The notes under the pieces were generated by a model. That model worked only from the letters and a program-made list of their open reading frames with translations. It had not been told where the DNA came from and did not search any database. The position numbers were made by a program, and so were the translations under genes. A stretch of 64,000 bases of DNA from Cetorhinus maximus (taxonomy: Eukaryota), in contig NC_135901.1 in assembly GCF_964194155.1 (NCBI RefSeq), positions 24,118,001-24,182,000 of the forward strand, read 5' to 3'. Numbering within the stretch: the first letter of the stretch is position 1; each line of letters starts with the position of its first letter. Below are positions 49,215 through 61,424 of this stretch, piece after piece.

Positions 49215-51822
49215 TTCTTTATTCATTCACGGGATATGGGCTTCACTGGCTGGGTCAGCATTTATTGCCCATCCCTAATTGCCCTTGAGAAGGGGGCGGT
49301 GAGCTGCCATCTTGAACCGCTGCAGTCTATGTGGTGTAGGTACACCCACAATGCTGTTAGGAAGGGAGTTCCAGGATTTTGACACAGTGACAGTGAAGGA
49401 GCAGCCTATATATTTCCAAGTCAGGATGGTGAGTGGTTTGGAGGGAAACTTCCAGATGGTGGTGTTCCCATCTATCTGCTGCCCTTGTCCTTCTATATGG
49501 TAGTGGTAATGGGTTTGAAAGGTGCTGTCAAAGGACCCTTGCTGAATTCCTGCAGTGCATCTTGTAGATGGTACACACTGCTGCTGCTGTGCGTTGGTGG
49601 TGGAGGGAGTGAATGTTTGTGGATGTGGTGGCAAACAAGGGGGCTGCTTTGTCCTCAGTGGCATCAAGCTTCTTGGGTGTTCTGGGAGCTGCACTCATCC
49701 AGGCAAGTGGGGAGTATTCCATAGCACTCCTGACTTGTAGACAGTGGACAGGCTTTGGGGAGTCAGGAGGTGAGTTACTTGTCACTGGATTCCTAGCCTC
49801 TGACATTCTCTCACAGCCACATTATTTATATGGCTAGTCTAGTTCAATTTCCGGTCAATGGTAACCCCCCAGGATGTTTATAATGGGAGATTCAGTGATG
49901 GTAATACAATTGAACATCAAGGGGTGATGGTTGTATTTGCTCTTGTTGGAGATTTTCATTGCTTGATACTTGCGTGGTGCAAATGTTATTTGCCAATTGT
50001 CAACCTTAGCCTGGATATTGTCCAGGTCTTGCTGCATTTGGACATGGTCTGCTTCCGTATCTGAGGAGTCATGAATGGTGCTGAACATTATGCAATCATC
50101 AGCGAAAATTCCCACTTCTGACCTTATGATGGAAGGTCATTGACGAAGCAGCTAAGATGGTTGGGCCAAGGACACTACTCTGAGGAACTCGTGCAGGCAT
50201 GTCCTGGGGCTGGGATGACTGAACTCCAACAACCACAACCATCTTCCTTTGTGCTAGGCATGACTCCACCCAGTGGAGAATTTTCCCCATGATTCCCATT
50301 GACTCCAATTTTTCTAGGGCTCCTTGATGCCACATTCATGCAAATGCGGCCTTGATACCAAGGGCAGTCATTCTCACCTCACCTTGGGGGTTCAGCTGTT
50401 TTGTCCATGTTTGAACCAAGGCTGTAATGAAGTCAGGAGCTGAGTGGCCCTGGCAGAACCCAAACTGGGCCTCAGTGAGCTGGTCATTGCTAAGCAAGTG
50501 CCACCTGATAGCATTGTTGATGACCCCTTCCACTACTTTACTGATGATCAAGGGTAAACTGATGGGGCGGTAATTGGCTGGGTTGGATTTGTCGTATTTT
50601 TTGTGTACAGGACATGTGGGCAATTTTCCACATAGCTGGGTAGATGCCAGTGTTGTAGCTGTACTGGAGCAGCTTGGCTATGGGTGCGGCAAGTTCTGGA
50701 GCACAAGTCTTCAGTACTATTGCCGGTATATTATCAGGGCCCACAGCCTTTGCACTATCCAGTGCCTTCAGCCATTCCGTGATATCACATGGAGTGAATC
50801 AAATTGGCTGAAGACTGGCATCTGTGATGCTAGGGGCCTCTGAAGGAGGCCAAGGTGGATCATCCACTCAGCAGTTCTGGCTGAAGGCTGTAGAAAAATT
50901 TTCAGCCTTACCTTTTGCACTGATGTGCTGGGTTCCCCCTTCATTGAGGGTGGGGATATTTGTGGAGCCTCCTCCTCCTCCAGTGAGTTGTTTAATTGTC
51001 CACCACCATTCATGACTGGATGTGGCAGGACTGCAGAGCTTAGATCTGATCTGTTGGTTGTGGGATCGCTTAGCTCTATCACTTGCTGCTTATGCTGTTG
51101 GCACACAAGTAATCCAGTGGTACAGTTTCACCAGGTTGATACCTCATTTTTAGGTATGCCTGGTGCTGCTCTTGGCACGCCCTCCTGCATTCTTCATTGA
51201 ACCAGGTTTGATCCCCTGGCTTGACAGTAATGGTAGAGTGGGGATATGCCAGGCCATGAGGTCACAGATTGTAAAAACAAAAATACTTGGAAAAACTCAG
51301 CAGGTCTGTTGAAGAGTCATGGGGATTCGAAACGTTAACTGTGCTCCTCTCCACAGATGCTGCCAGACCTGCTGAGTTTTTCCAGGTATTTTTGTTTTTA
51401 TTTTGGATTTCCAGCATCCGCAGTTTTTTGCTTTTATCTTAGGTCACAGATTGTGTTCGAGTACATTTCAGCTGCTGCTGATGGCCCACAGCACCTCATG
51501 GATACCCAGTTTTGAGTTGCTAGATCTGTTTGAAATCTATCCCATTTAGCGCAGTGATAATGCCACACAACATGACCGAGGGTATCCTCAATGTGAAGGC
51601 CGGACTTTGCCTCCACAACGACTGTGCAGTGGTCACTCCAACTGATACTGTGATGGACAGATGCATCTGCAGCAGACAGGTTGATGAGGGTGAGGTCAAG
51701 TATGTTTTGCTCTCTTGTTGGTTCTCTCAGCACCTGCCGCAGACCCAACCTAGCAGTTTAGTCCTTTAGGATTCAGCCAGCTCGGTCACTAATGGTGCCA
51801 CCAAGCCACTCGTGATGATGGC
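49215..51822 (-). mobile_element. LINE family B, long degenerate copy
   Basis: GLRQVLREPTRE..LDL, GPDNIPAIVLKTCAPEL, NYRPISL, AQFGF, VPQSSVLGP, FADD, SLHHQRT; tail shared with the SINE. Confidence 0.9.
51273..51440 (+). mobile_element. Fold-back Penelope mini-element inside the LINE, CUGUUGA core
   Basis: TSD aggtcacagattgt at 51259-51272 and 51441-51454. Confidence 0.9.
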
Positions 51823-51824
51823 AC

Positions 51825-51950
51825 TCACTGGTATCTCAGCAGAGTGGATAACTGAGTGAATCCCTTCCCACACACAGAGCAGGTGAACATCCTCGCCCCA
51901 GTGTGAACTGGCTGGTGTCTCCACAGATGGGATGATTCAGTGAATCCCTC
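51825..51950 (-). pseudogene. ZNF remnant (~1.5 fingers)
   Basis: Minus strand [30 protein letters not shown]. Confidence 0.7.
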
Positions 51951-51984
51951 ACCCTCCCAATTATCTGCAAATTACTTTAAATGA

Positions 51985-52830
51985 AAACTCCCTAGTTATT
52001 GACTTTTCTTTCATGAAATAGGTCCTTCCTATCCACTCTATCAGGGCCCCTCATAATTTTATACACCTCAGTTAAATCTCCCCTCAGCCTCCTCTGTTCC
52101 AAGGAAAACAATCCCAGTCTATCTGATCTTTCCTCACAGGTAAAATTCTCCAGTCCTGTCAACATCCTCGTAAATGTCCTCTGTGGTGTGAACGCATCCT
52201 TCCTGTAATGCAGTGACCAGAACTGTACTCAGTAATCTAGCTGCGATCTAACTAGTGTTTTATTCAGCTCTAGTATAACCTCCCTGATCTTGTAATAAAA
52301 ACAGAAAATACTGGAAATACTCAGCAGCTCTGGCAGCATCTGTGGAGAGAGGAGTTTCAGGTCTGTGATCTTTCATCAACAGAAAATGCTGGAAATATTC
52401 CCTCTTCCTGTATTGTGTCTCAGTTATCAATGGAAAGTATCCTGTCTGCCTTTTTAATCACCTTATCTACCTCTCCTGTCACCTTCAGGGGTCTGTGGAC
52501 ATGCACTCCAATGTCCCTCTGTTCCTCTACACTTCTCACTATCATAGCAGTAATATTATTTCCCTTTGCCGTGTTTGCCCTCCTCAAATGTATTTATTAC
52601 CTCACACTTCTCCAGATTGATCTCCATTTGCTACATATCTGCCCACCTGATCAGTCTTTTGATATCTTCCTGCAATCTACAGCTTTCTTCCTCACTGTCA
52701 ACAACAAGGCTGGAAGTGTCTTAATCATGCTCCCTATGCTAATGGCTAAATCATTGATATATACCACAAAAAGCACAAACCTTGTCCTGAGCCATCCGGA
52801 ACCCAACTGGAAACAGTTTTCCAGTCACTA
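51985..52830 (-). mobile_element. Degenerate CR1 with a Penelope piece at ~52295-52398
   Basis: CR1 RT C-terminal nucleotide motifs; ctcagcagctctggcagcatctgtgg insert. Confidence 0.7.
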
Positions 52831-53317
52831 AAACACCTTTTCATCATTCCTCTTTGCATCCTGCTGCTCCAGCTGATGACACTTCCTGCAGTTCTGATTG
52901 TCTAGGATACGAGGAGTGTCCTGGTTTTCCCAAATGGAACTGGATGTGCAGTCCATGGGACTGAGATGCTGTGCCATGTCTAGTTATCTAATTATTAACT
53001 GACTTAAGAAAAATAAACTTACAATTAAAATAAATAAAGTTTCAGCGGCTACTCACAAATCAGCTTCTTCCATTGTGCTGAAGTCACCTTATTTTTATAG
53101 GGAATTAACTGAAATGTTTTTCTTAACTCTTATTATCTAAACACCTCAGAGTTTAATTTACTGAAAAATTAAGAGTTAAAATTCCTTGTTAGTTAGATTC
53201 ACCTTTATCCCCTAGATTTGATGAATGAAACATTGACTGTAATTATAAGATAAATTATCAAATTGACTTCAGTTTTATGCTAATTAATGTATCTAGTCTT
53301 ACTTTTTAGCTGTTTAA

Positions 53318-53782
53318 TGTGGTGACCAAAACTATACTCAGTACTCTAACTGTGCTCTAACTAGTGTTTCATACAATTCTAACATAATCTCCCTGCTTTT
53401 ACATTCTAGGCCCCGGACAAGAAAGGAAAGTGTCCCAAATGCTTTCTTGACCACCTGAACTACCTGTCCATTCACATTCAGGGATCTGTAGATATGCACC
53501 CCAAGGTCCCTCTGTTCCTCTACATTAACCCATTAACTGCATTAACCCATTTTTTTGTCTTGTTGCCCTTCCAAATTCACTGTCTCACACTGCTCCAGAT
53601 TGAATTCCATTTGCCATTTTCCTGCCCTCTGACCAGTCCATTAAAGTCATTCTGCAGTCCATGGCTTCCTTCCTCATTGTTAAACAAACCAGCAGCTTTT
53701 GTATCATCTGAAAATTTCTTAATCATTGCCCCTACGTCTAAATAATTGATGTAAACCACAAAACTGTGGAACCCCATTGAAA
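53318..53782 (-). mobile_element. Degenerate CR1 fragment
   Basis: FVVYINYLDVG..KFSDDTK. Confidence 0.7.
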
Positions 53783-53800
53783 CAGGCGTCCAGACATGAT

Positions 53801-54948
53801 TCAGTCCTCGATGAGGTTAAAAGCAGCAATAACAGGAGAATCCATCCCCTGCTGTTGCATGTGAACTTGCTGGTGTCTCAGCAGGTTCTTTGACTGAGCC
53901 AATTCCTTCCCACACATGGAGCAGGTGAACGGTCTCTCCCCAGTGTGAACTTGCTGGTGTGTCAGCAGATTCCTTTTACTTTTAAAGCTCTTCTCACAGT
54001 CAGAACATTTAAAAAGTCTCTGATCAGTGTGAACAAGTTGGTGTGTAGTGAGATGGGATGACTGAGTGATCTGTTCACACACAAGGGGCAAGTGTACGGT
54101 CTCTCCCCAGTGTGAACTCACTGGTGTATCAGAAGGTTAGATGAATCAATGAATTCCTGCCCACACTCAGGGCAGGTGAACGGCCTCTCCCCAGTGTGAA
54201 CTCGATGGTGCCTCACCAGGTGGGCTAACCGAGTGAATCCCTTCCCACAGGTAGAGCAGGTGTACGGCCTCTCCCCAGTGTGAGTATGTTGATGTTTCAG
54301 AAGATCCCTTTTGCTTTTAAATTTTTTCTCACAGTGAGAACAATGGAACGGTCTCTGATCAGTGCGAACAAATTGGTGTTTCAGAAGGTGGGATGAACAA
54401 GTGAATCCCTTCCCACACACGGAGCAGGTGAATGGCCTCTCCCCAGTCAGAGTGCGTTGGTGGTTCTGTAAATCCTTTTTACTTTTAAAGCTCTTCTCAC
54501 AGTCAGAACATTTAAAAGGTCTCTTATCTGTGTGAACAAGTTGGTGTGTCAGGAGGTGGGATGATTGAGTGAATCTCTTCCCACACACTGCGCAGGTGAA
54601 TGGCCTCTCCCCAGTGTGAGAGCATTGGTGTATCAGTAGGTCCTTTCTGCTTTTAAAGCTCTTCTCACAGTCAGAACATTTGAATGGTCTTTGGTCAGAG
54701 TGAACTTGCTGGTGAGTCCGGAGGGTTGATAATGCATTAAATCCCTTCCCACATTCAAGGCAAGTGAATGGCCTCTCACCACGATGAACATGCTGGTGTG
54801 TGTAGAGGCTGGATGATTGAGTGAATCCCTTCCCATACACAGAGAAGGTGAACGGCCTCTCCCCAGTGTGAATATGTCGATGAGTTTCCAACTCAGATGG
54901 GTAATTGAATCCCTTCCCACAGTCCCCACATTTCCACGGTTTCTCCAT
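53801..54948 (-). pseudogene. C2H2 ZNF truncated by TGA at 54118-54120; the 276-aa part could still be expressed
   Basis: ATG 54948 [10 protein letters not shown]; ~10 fingers, several degenerate; HQ*VHTG, then a frameshift near 54070 and further fingers. Confidence 0.78.
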
Positions 54949-55889
54949 GGTGTGGGTGTCCTTGTTTCTCTCCAGGTTTGACAATCAGTTGAAGCCTTAT
55001 CCACACACTGAACATGTGTACAGTCCCTCCCTGCTGTGAATGGTGCACTTTTTTTTCAGGCAGTGTTGCTGGTTAAAGCTCTTTCCAATCAGTGCACTGA
55101 AACACACTCACTCGTGTGTGTCTGTCTCAGTGCTATTCCAGTCGCAATGTTGTTTGAAATCTTTCCTTCCAGTCAGAACAAACAAACATTTCTCCTTCCA
55201 CATTCAAAGGCCGATGATATTCAGGTTCTGATGAATCAAGTGACTCTACCAGATCTTGATTTGATGTTTGGTCTGAATTTCCCATCTGCAAATCCAACCC
55301 TCTGAATACCCTGTAAAAGGAATTTACATTGAAATACTCAGAATATTCAAAAAACAAAGGTCATTCTGTCCAACTACTCTGCTGGTTTTGAAACACCACA
55401 TGTTTCTCCTCCCATTCCATGCACCTCATCTCATCCTTTCAGCTTATCTTTCTATTCCCATTTCCCTCACGTACTTATCTAGTTTCCTTTCAAAATTATC
55501 TCAACGGTTTTCTGAGTTTCATATTGTAACCACTCTCTGAGTCAAGAAATTTAAAGTGAAAACATTCTCTCCATATCTACCGCGTCCAACCCATTGATCA
55601 TTGTAAAGATCTCTATCAGCTCACTGCTAACTCTTCCCTTTTCTAAAGGAAAAAGAAAGCTCCAATCTGTTCAATCTTTCATAACAGGTGTATTTGTTTT
55701 GGTTTACAAAATGAATCACTGTCAATCCAGGATAGAAATTGAGAAGAAACAAACATTTCTGTAGGTTTGAGTTTGTTGTGTGTAAATCCTCCCCTTCTAA
55801 CCCCCTGTAAAAGCAGTTTCCAAAATCCATCCCTGTAAGTCCAGTGTAGAAATGCACAATATTCTCTCCTCCTGCTGACAGGAACAACG

Positions 55890-56310
55890 ATGACCACGCA
55901 TGCGCCCTGATGCACATTGTCCCTAGAAAGATGGCGGCCGTTAACTCGGGCCTGTGACCGGAGGAGGTCGGCAGCTTTGCTCGATTTGGTGCAAACGCAG
56001 GTCCGGCAGCTTCTCATTCGGATCTAGAGACCGACACCTGGTGTTTATGAAACATCTAGTCCATCCTCCGGCACCATTCCTCTCCTCAGTTACGCTATTT
56101 CTCACCTTTCCTCCCCATCCCTCCGCCATCTGCTCCCGCAAGCCCCAGGTTTCAGTCACAACGACATTGCGCCTGCGCGCAGGGCGCCAGCCGGATGGAT
56201 GATCATTCATTCCGATTGCTTGGAGGACCAACTCCTCCCTCTCGGTCTTCCAGAGCCGCCCCCTCTTCCTATTGGTCTGGATCTGCCGTCAATCACCCGG
56301 GCGTTGTGAC
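55890..56310 (-). promoter_or_regulatory. ZNF promoter-like module 6
   Basis: ACGCATGCGC ~55896, AAGATGGCGGCC ~55928, TGCGCCTGCGCGCA ~56168, GC box and ATTGG ~56255-56275. Confidence 0.72.
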
Positions 56311-56344
56311 GGTTACAAACGCTGAGAGCGGCCACAGACTCAGC

Positions 56345-57130
56345 CTGACTTGCTGATTCTTAGCAGCATTTTCTGTTTGCGAATTAGAGCGAGAGATGAA
56401 GTGTCTACGGAGATGGAAACAGAGTAAATGTTTCAGGCCGCTAAATTTTTATCAAGCTGTAAGAATTTAGGCATTTAGTTGTTTTCCAACATGTACGGAG
56501 TCAGGGAAATGAGAAGGCGAGAGGAAGAAAGAACAAACGGTCTTGTGATTGGATGGAAGGCTGGAGTGATTAAATGACAAAGCAATGCAAAACAAAAAGA
56601 CAATGCAAGGCAACACTGGGTGATAAGAAGACAAGTAAATAAACTAATGGGACAAGTGAAGAGACAAAAGACAGGTCCAGATGAATGATAACAGGACAAT
56701 TAAAGCACCAACTGTCTGAAAAAAATGGGAGTGGTGGTTATGATCTGAAATTGTTGAAATTAATGTTGAGTCCAGAAGGTTGTAAAGTGTCTGATCAAAG
56801 ATGAGCTGCTGTTCTTCGAGTTTCCTTTGAGACTCATTGGAACAGTACAGGAGGCTGAGGCCAGAGAGGTCAAAACTGAAATAGTAAATGATCAGAAGCT
56901 CAGGATCACGCTTGCAAACTGGATGTTGATGTTCCACAAAGCAGTCACCCAATCTGATTTAATCTCCTCAGTGTAGGGGAGACGGCATCATGAGTACTGA
57001 AAACACGATACTAAATTGCAACAAGTACAAGGAAATCACTGTGCCACCTGGAAAGTGTGTTAAGGGCCTGGAATGTAGGAAGGGAGGAGGTGAAAGGGTG
57101 GGTGCAGCATCTGCTGTGCTCACACGGAAA
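56345..57130 (-). mobile_element. Degenerate Penelope 3' fragment (GIY-YIG plus terminal repeat)
   Basis: GDCFVEH...KLEEQQLIF; similar to 5200-5870. Confidence 0.7.
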
Positions 57131-57465
57131 TGATTCAAAATGATGTTTATAAGAAGACCAGGAATAGGAGCAGCGAGAGAACAAATGGCCACTTGAGCCT
57201 CTGCACCATTAAATGATCTTCCGCCTTAACTCCACTTTTCCTCCCAATCACCAAATCCATTGATTCCCCAGTATCTAAACTTTCATGGATTTGCATCTGG
57301 AATATATTCAAGACAGAATAATTTGCAAGTGCCGCTGATTACTGCTCGGCAATCATATTAACTGAACTTTAGTCCGGCCTAGTGTCACCGCACTGAAATC
57401 TTGTCTTTCTCTGACATGTTATTCTTAATGCCATAATTGCCAGATTAAGAGTAAAACAGCCACCG

Positions 57466-60400
57466 TTTCACAGAATCACAGGGCAGAAGAGGCCCTTTGG
57501 CCCATCGAGTCTGCACCGATACGTGAGAAACACCTGATACCTAATTCCATTTACCAGCACTTGGCCCATAGCCTTGAATGTTATGACATGCCAAGTGCTC
57601 ATCCAGGTACTTTTTAAAGGATGTGAGGCAACCTGCCTCCACCACCCTCCCAGGCAGTGCATTCCAGACCGTCACCACCCTCTGGGTAAAAAAGTTTTTC
57701 CTCACATCCCCCCTAAACCTCCTGCCCCTCACCTTGAACTTATGCCCCCTTGTGACTGCGCTTCAACTAAGGGGAACAGCTGCTCCCTATCCACCCTTTC
57801 CATGCCCCTCATAATCTTGTACACCTCGATCAGGTCGCCCCTCAGTCTTCTCTGATACAATGAAAGCAACCCAAGTCTTTCCAACCTCTCTTCATAAATT
57901 CAATGATTCATCCCAGGCAACATCCGGGTGAATCTCCTCTGCACCCCATCCAGTGCAAGCACATCCTTCCTATAATGTGGCGACCAGAACTGTACACAGT
58001 ACTCCAGCTGTGGCCTCACTAAGGTTCTATATAACTCCAACATGACATTCCTACTTTTGTAATCTATTGATAAAGGCAAGTGTCCCATATGCCTTTTTCA
58101 CCACCCCACTAGCGTGCCCCTCTACCTTCAGGGATCTATGGACACACACGCCAAGGTCCCTTTGTTCCTCAGAATTTCCTAGTGCCATGCCATTCATCGA
58201 ATACATCCTTGTCAAATTACTCCTTCCAAAGTATATCACCTCACACTTTTCAGGGTTAAATTCCATCTGCCACTTATCTGCCCATTTGACCATCCCGTCT
58301 ATATCTTCCTGTAGCCCAAGACACTCAACCTCACTGTTAAACCACCCAGCCAATCTTCATGTCATCCGCAAACTTACTAATCCTACCCCCCACATAGTCA
58401 TCTATGTCGTTTATATAAATAACAAATAATAGGCGAACAAGCGCAGATCCCTGTGGTACACCACTGGACGCTGGCTTCCAGTCACTAAAGCAGCCTTCTG
58501 TCATCACCCTCTGCCTCCTACAACTCAGCCAATTTTGAATCCACCTTATCAAATTACCCTGTATCCCATGTGCATTTGCCTTCTTTAAAAGTCTCCAATG
58601 TGGGACCTTGTCAAAGGCTTTGCTGAAATCCTTATACACTACATCAACCACACTACCCTTATCTACACACCTGGTCACCTCCTCAAAAAATTAAATCAAA
58701 TTTGTTGGGTATGACCTCCCTCTGACAAAGCCATGCTGACTATCCCTGATCAAACCTTGCCTCTCCAAGTGAAGATAGATACTCTCCCTCAAAACTTTCT
58801 CCAATAGTTTCCCTACCACTGACGTGAGAATCACTGGCCTGTACTTCCCTGGCTTATCTCTACAACCCTTCTTAAATAGCGGAACCACATGAGCTGTTCT
58901 CCAGTCCTCTGACACCTCCCCTGTGGCCAGAGAGGAATTAAAAATTTGGGTCAGAGCCTTTGCGATCTCCTCTCTTGCCTCCCTCAGCAGTCTGGGACAC
59001 AAATCATCCAGACCTGGAGATTTGTCCACTTTTAAGCCTGCCAACTCCTCCAATACCTTGTAATTCCCTATATCAATTTGCTTAAGAACCTCGCAGTCTC
59101 TCTCCCCGAGTTCCATACCTTCATCCTCATTCTCTTGGGTGAAGACGGATGTGAAGTATTCATTCAACATTCTAGGGATGTTCTCTGGCTCCAACCATAG
59201 ATTGCCCCCTTGGTCCCTTATGGACCCTACTCTTTCCCTGGTTATCCTCTTCCCATCGATATACTTATAGAATATCTTGGGATTTTCCCTATTTTTACCA
59301 GCCAGAGCTATCTCGTATTCCCTCTTTGCTCTCCTAATAGCTTTCTTAAGCTCCACCCTGCATTGTCTGTACTCCACTAATTTGCTTCCCCTGTACCTGC
59401 TAAAGGCCTCTCTTTTCCTTCTCATCGTAACCTGTATATCTCTGGTTATCCATGGTTCTCTGGGCTTGTTACTCCTTCCTATCACCCTAGAGGGAACATG
59501 TTGAGCCTGTACCCTCCCCATTTACTTTTTGAACACACCCCACTGCTCCTCTGTAGATTTCCCCACAAGTAACTGTTCCCAGGCTACCTCGGCCAGATCC
59601 TGCCTTATTTTATTAAAATCCACTCTCCCCCAATCCAAACCATTTTTTTGCAACTTGTACATTTCTTTGTCCATAACAAACTTAAACTGTACCATGTCGT
59701 GGTCGCTATCGCTAAAATGCTCGCCCGCCACCACCTCAGCCACCTGTCCGGCTTCATTCCCCAGAATTAAGTTCAGCAATGCACCGTCCCTTGTTGGACC
59801 CTCTACATATTGACCTAAAAAGTCCTCCTGTACACATTTCAAGAAATCCACTCCATCCAAGCCCCTAACACTATGTCTATCCCAATTAATGTTGGGAAAG
59901 TTGAAATCACCTAATATAATTACCCTATTGTATTTGTTTTCACACACCTCCACAATTGTGCACATATTTTTCCTCAATTTCCCGCTGACTATCTGGGGGT
60001 CTATAATAAACACCTAATCATGTGGTTGCCCCTTTTTTATTCCTAAGCTCTACCTACAAAGCTTCTTCGATGCCCCCTCCAAGATGTCATATCTTCTTTC
60101 TGCAGTAACTGACTCCTTAACTAATAATGCAACACCTCCTCCTCTTTTACCCCCTCCCCTGTCTCGCCTGAAGATTCTATATCCAGAATGTTGAGCTACT
60201 AATCCTGCCCTTCCTTCAACCATGTCTCAGTGATGGCTACTATATCACAATTCCACGTGTCAATCCTCACTCTTAACTCATCCGTTTTACATGTAATACT
60301 CCTGGCATTAAAGTAGAGGCCATCCAGCCTTGCCTTACTACCTTGAAGCTTATTGCAGCTGTACTCCCTCTGACTTGATTGTTTTACTGTATTATGATGT

Positions 60401-60735
60401 GTTCCTATTCTGCTAACATTGTGTGTCCCCTCCCCTTGCCGAATTAGTTTAAACTCCTCCCAACAGCAGTAGCAAACCCGCCTGCAAGGATGTTAGCCCT
60501 GCTCTGGTTCAGATGTAGACCGTCTCACTTGTACAGGTCCCACCTACCTCAGAAACGGTCCCAGTGATCCAGGAATCTAAAACCCTCCCTCCTACACCAA
60601 CTTTTAAGCCACGTATTCATCTGCGCTATTCTCCTATTGCTGAGCTCGCTGGCACGTGGCACTGGGAGTAATCTAGAGATTACAACCCGAGAGGTCTTGC
60701 TTTTTAGTCTACTTCCTAACCCCTGAATTCTTGAT
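57466..60735 (-). mobile_element. Long CR1 LINE (ORF1 SGNH esterase part, APE, RT, 3' end), disrupted
   Basis: RVVISRLLPVPRAS...WCRREGFRFLDHW; ILGDFNFPNINW, SDSDH; KSPGLDDLCPR; FADD; gattctgt tail. Confidence 0.95.
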
Positions 60736-61197
60736 GCACTGTAAGGAGAAGAGACAACTTTGTAATTACTCCAAAATGTTACAATCTGGCTCATTAGATC
60801 TGGTTATTCCATCCCATTTTTTATTCATCTCATGGGAAAATGAGTAAAATACTGAAACATACACCCTTTTGGGGACAATGGTGAGTTTGCTGCTCACATT
60901 AGTTCAGGTCTCCATATTATAAGAGAGATTTAAAAGGACTGGAGAAGATGCAAGAAAAAATTACTAGAATGACGCCAGAACTGGCAGGTTACACCTATTA
61001 AGAAAGACTGGACAGGCTGTAAATGTTTTCTCTGGAAAAGAGAGTGAAGGATGACCTAGTCCTTTAAGATTATGAAAGGGTTTGACAGAATAGACAAGTG
61101 GAAGATGTTTCCACTTGCAGACAGAATGAGAATAAATATCATTTAGTCACTAATAAATTTAATATGCAGTTCTGGAGCAACATTTTAAACAAGAGAT

Positions 61198-61416
61198 TAA
61201 AAACAGAAAACATTGGAAATACTCAGCATATCTGTGGATGGAGACAGAAGATTAATATTTAAATCTGTGCACAGATGCAGTCCAGTTCTGATGAATGATC
61301 ATGAGCCTGAAATGTAAACTGTTTCTCTCTTCACAAATGCGACCAGAATTGCTGAGTATTTCCAAAACTTTATGTTTTTAATTTAAGATTTGAAGCATCC
61401 ACAGTATTTTGCTTTT
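61198..61416. mobile_element. Degenerate fold-back Penelope mini-element
   Basis: Inverted arms; cagttctgatgaatgatcatgagcctgaaatg at ~61283. Confidence 0.7.
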
Positions 61417-61424
61417 CTTTAACT

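Noticed and set aside
54118-54120. Selenocysteine or programmed readthrough at this TGA
   Set aside because: It replaces a CGA Arg codon and is followed by a frameshift within ~50 nt.
57466-60735. Active autonomous CR1
   Set aside because: Multiple stops and frameshifts; ORF1 is 5'-truncated.
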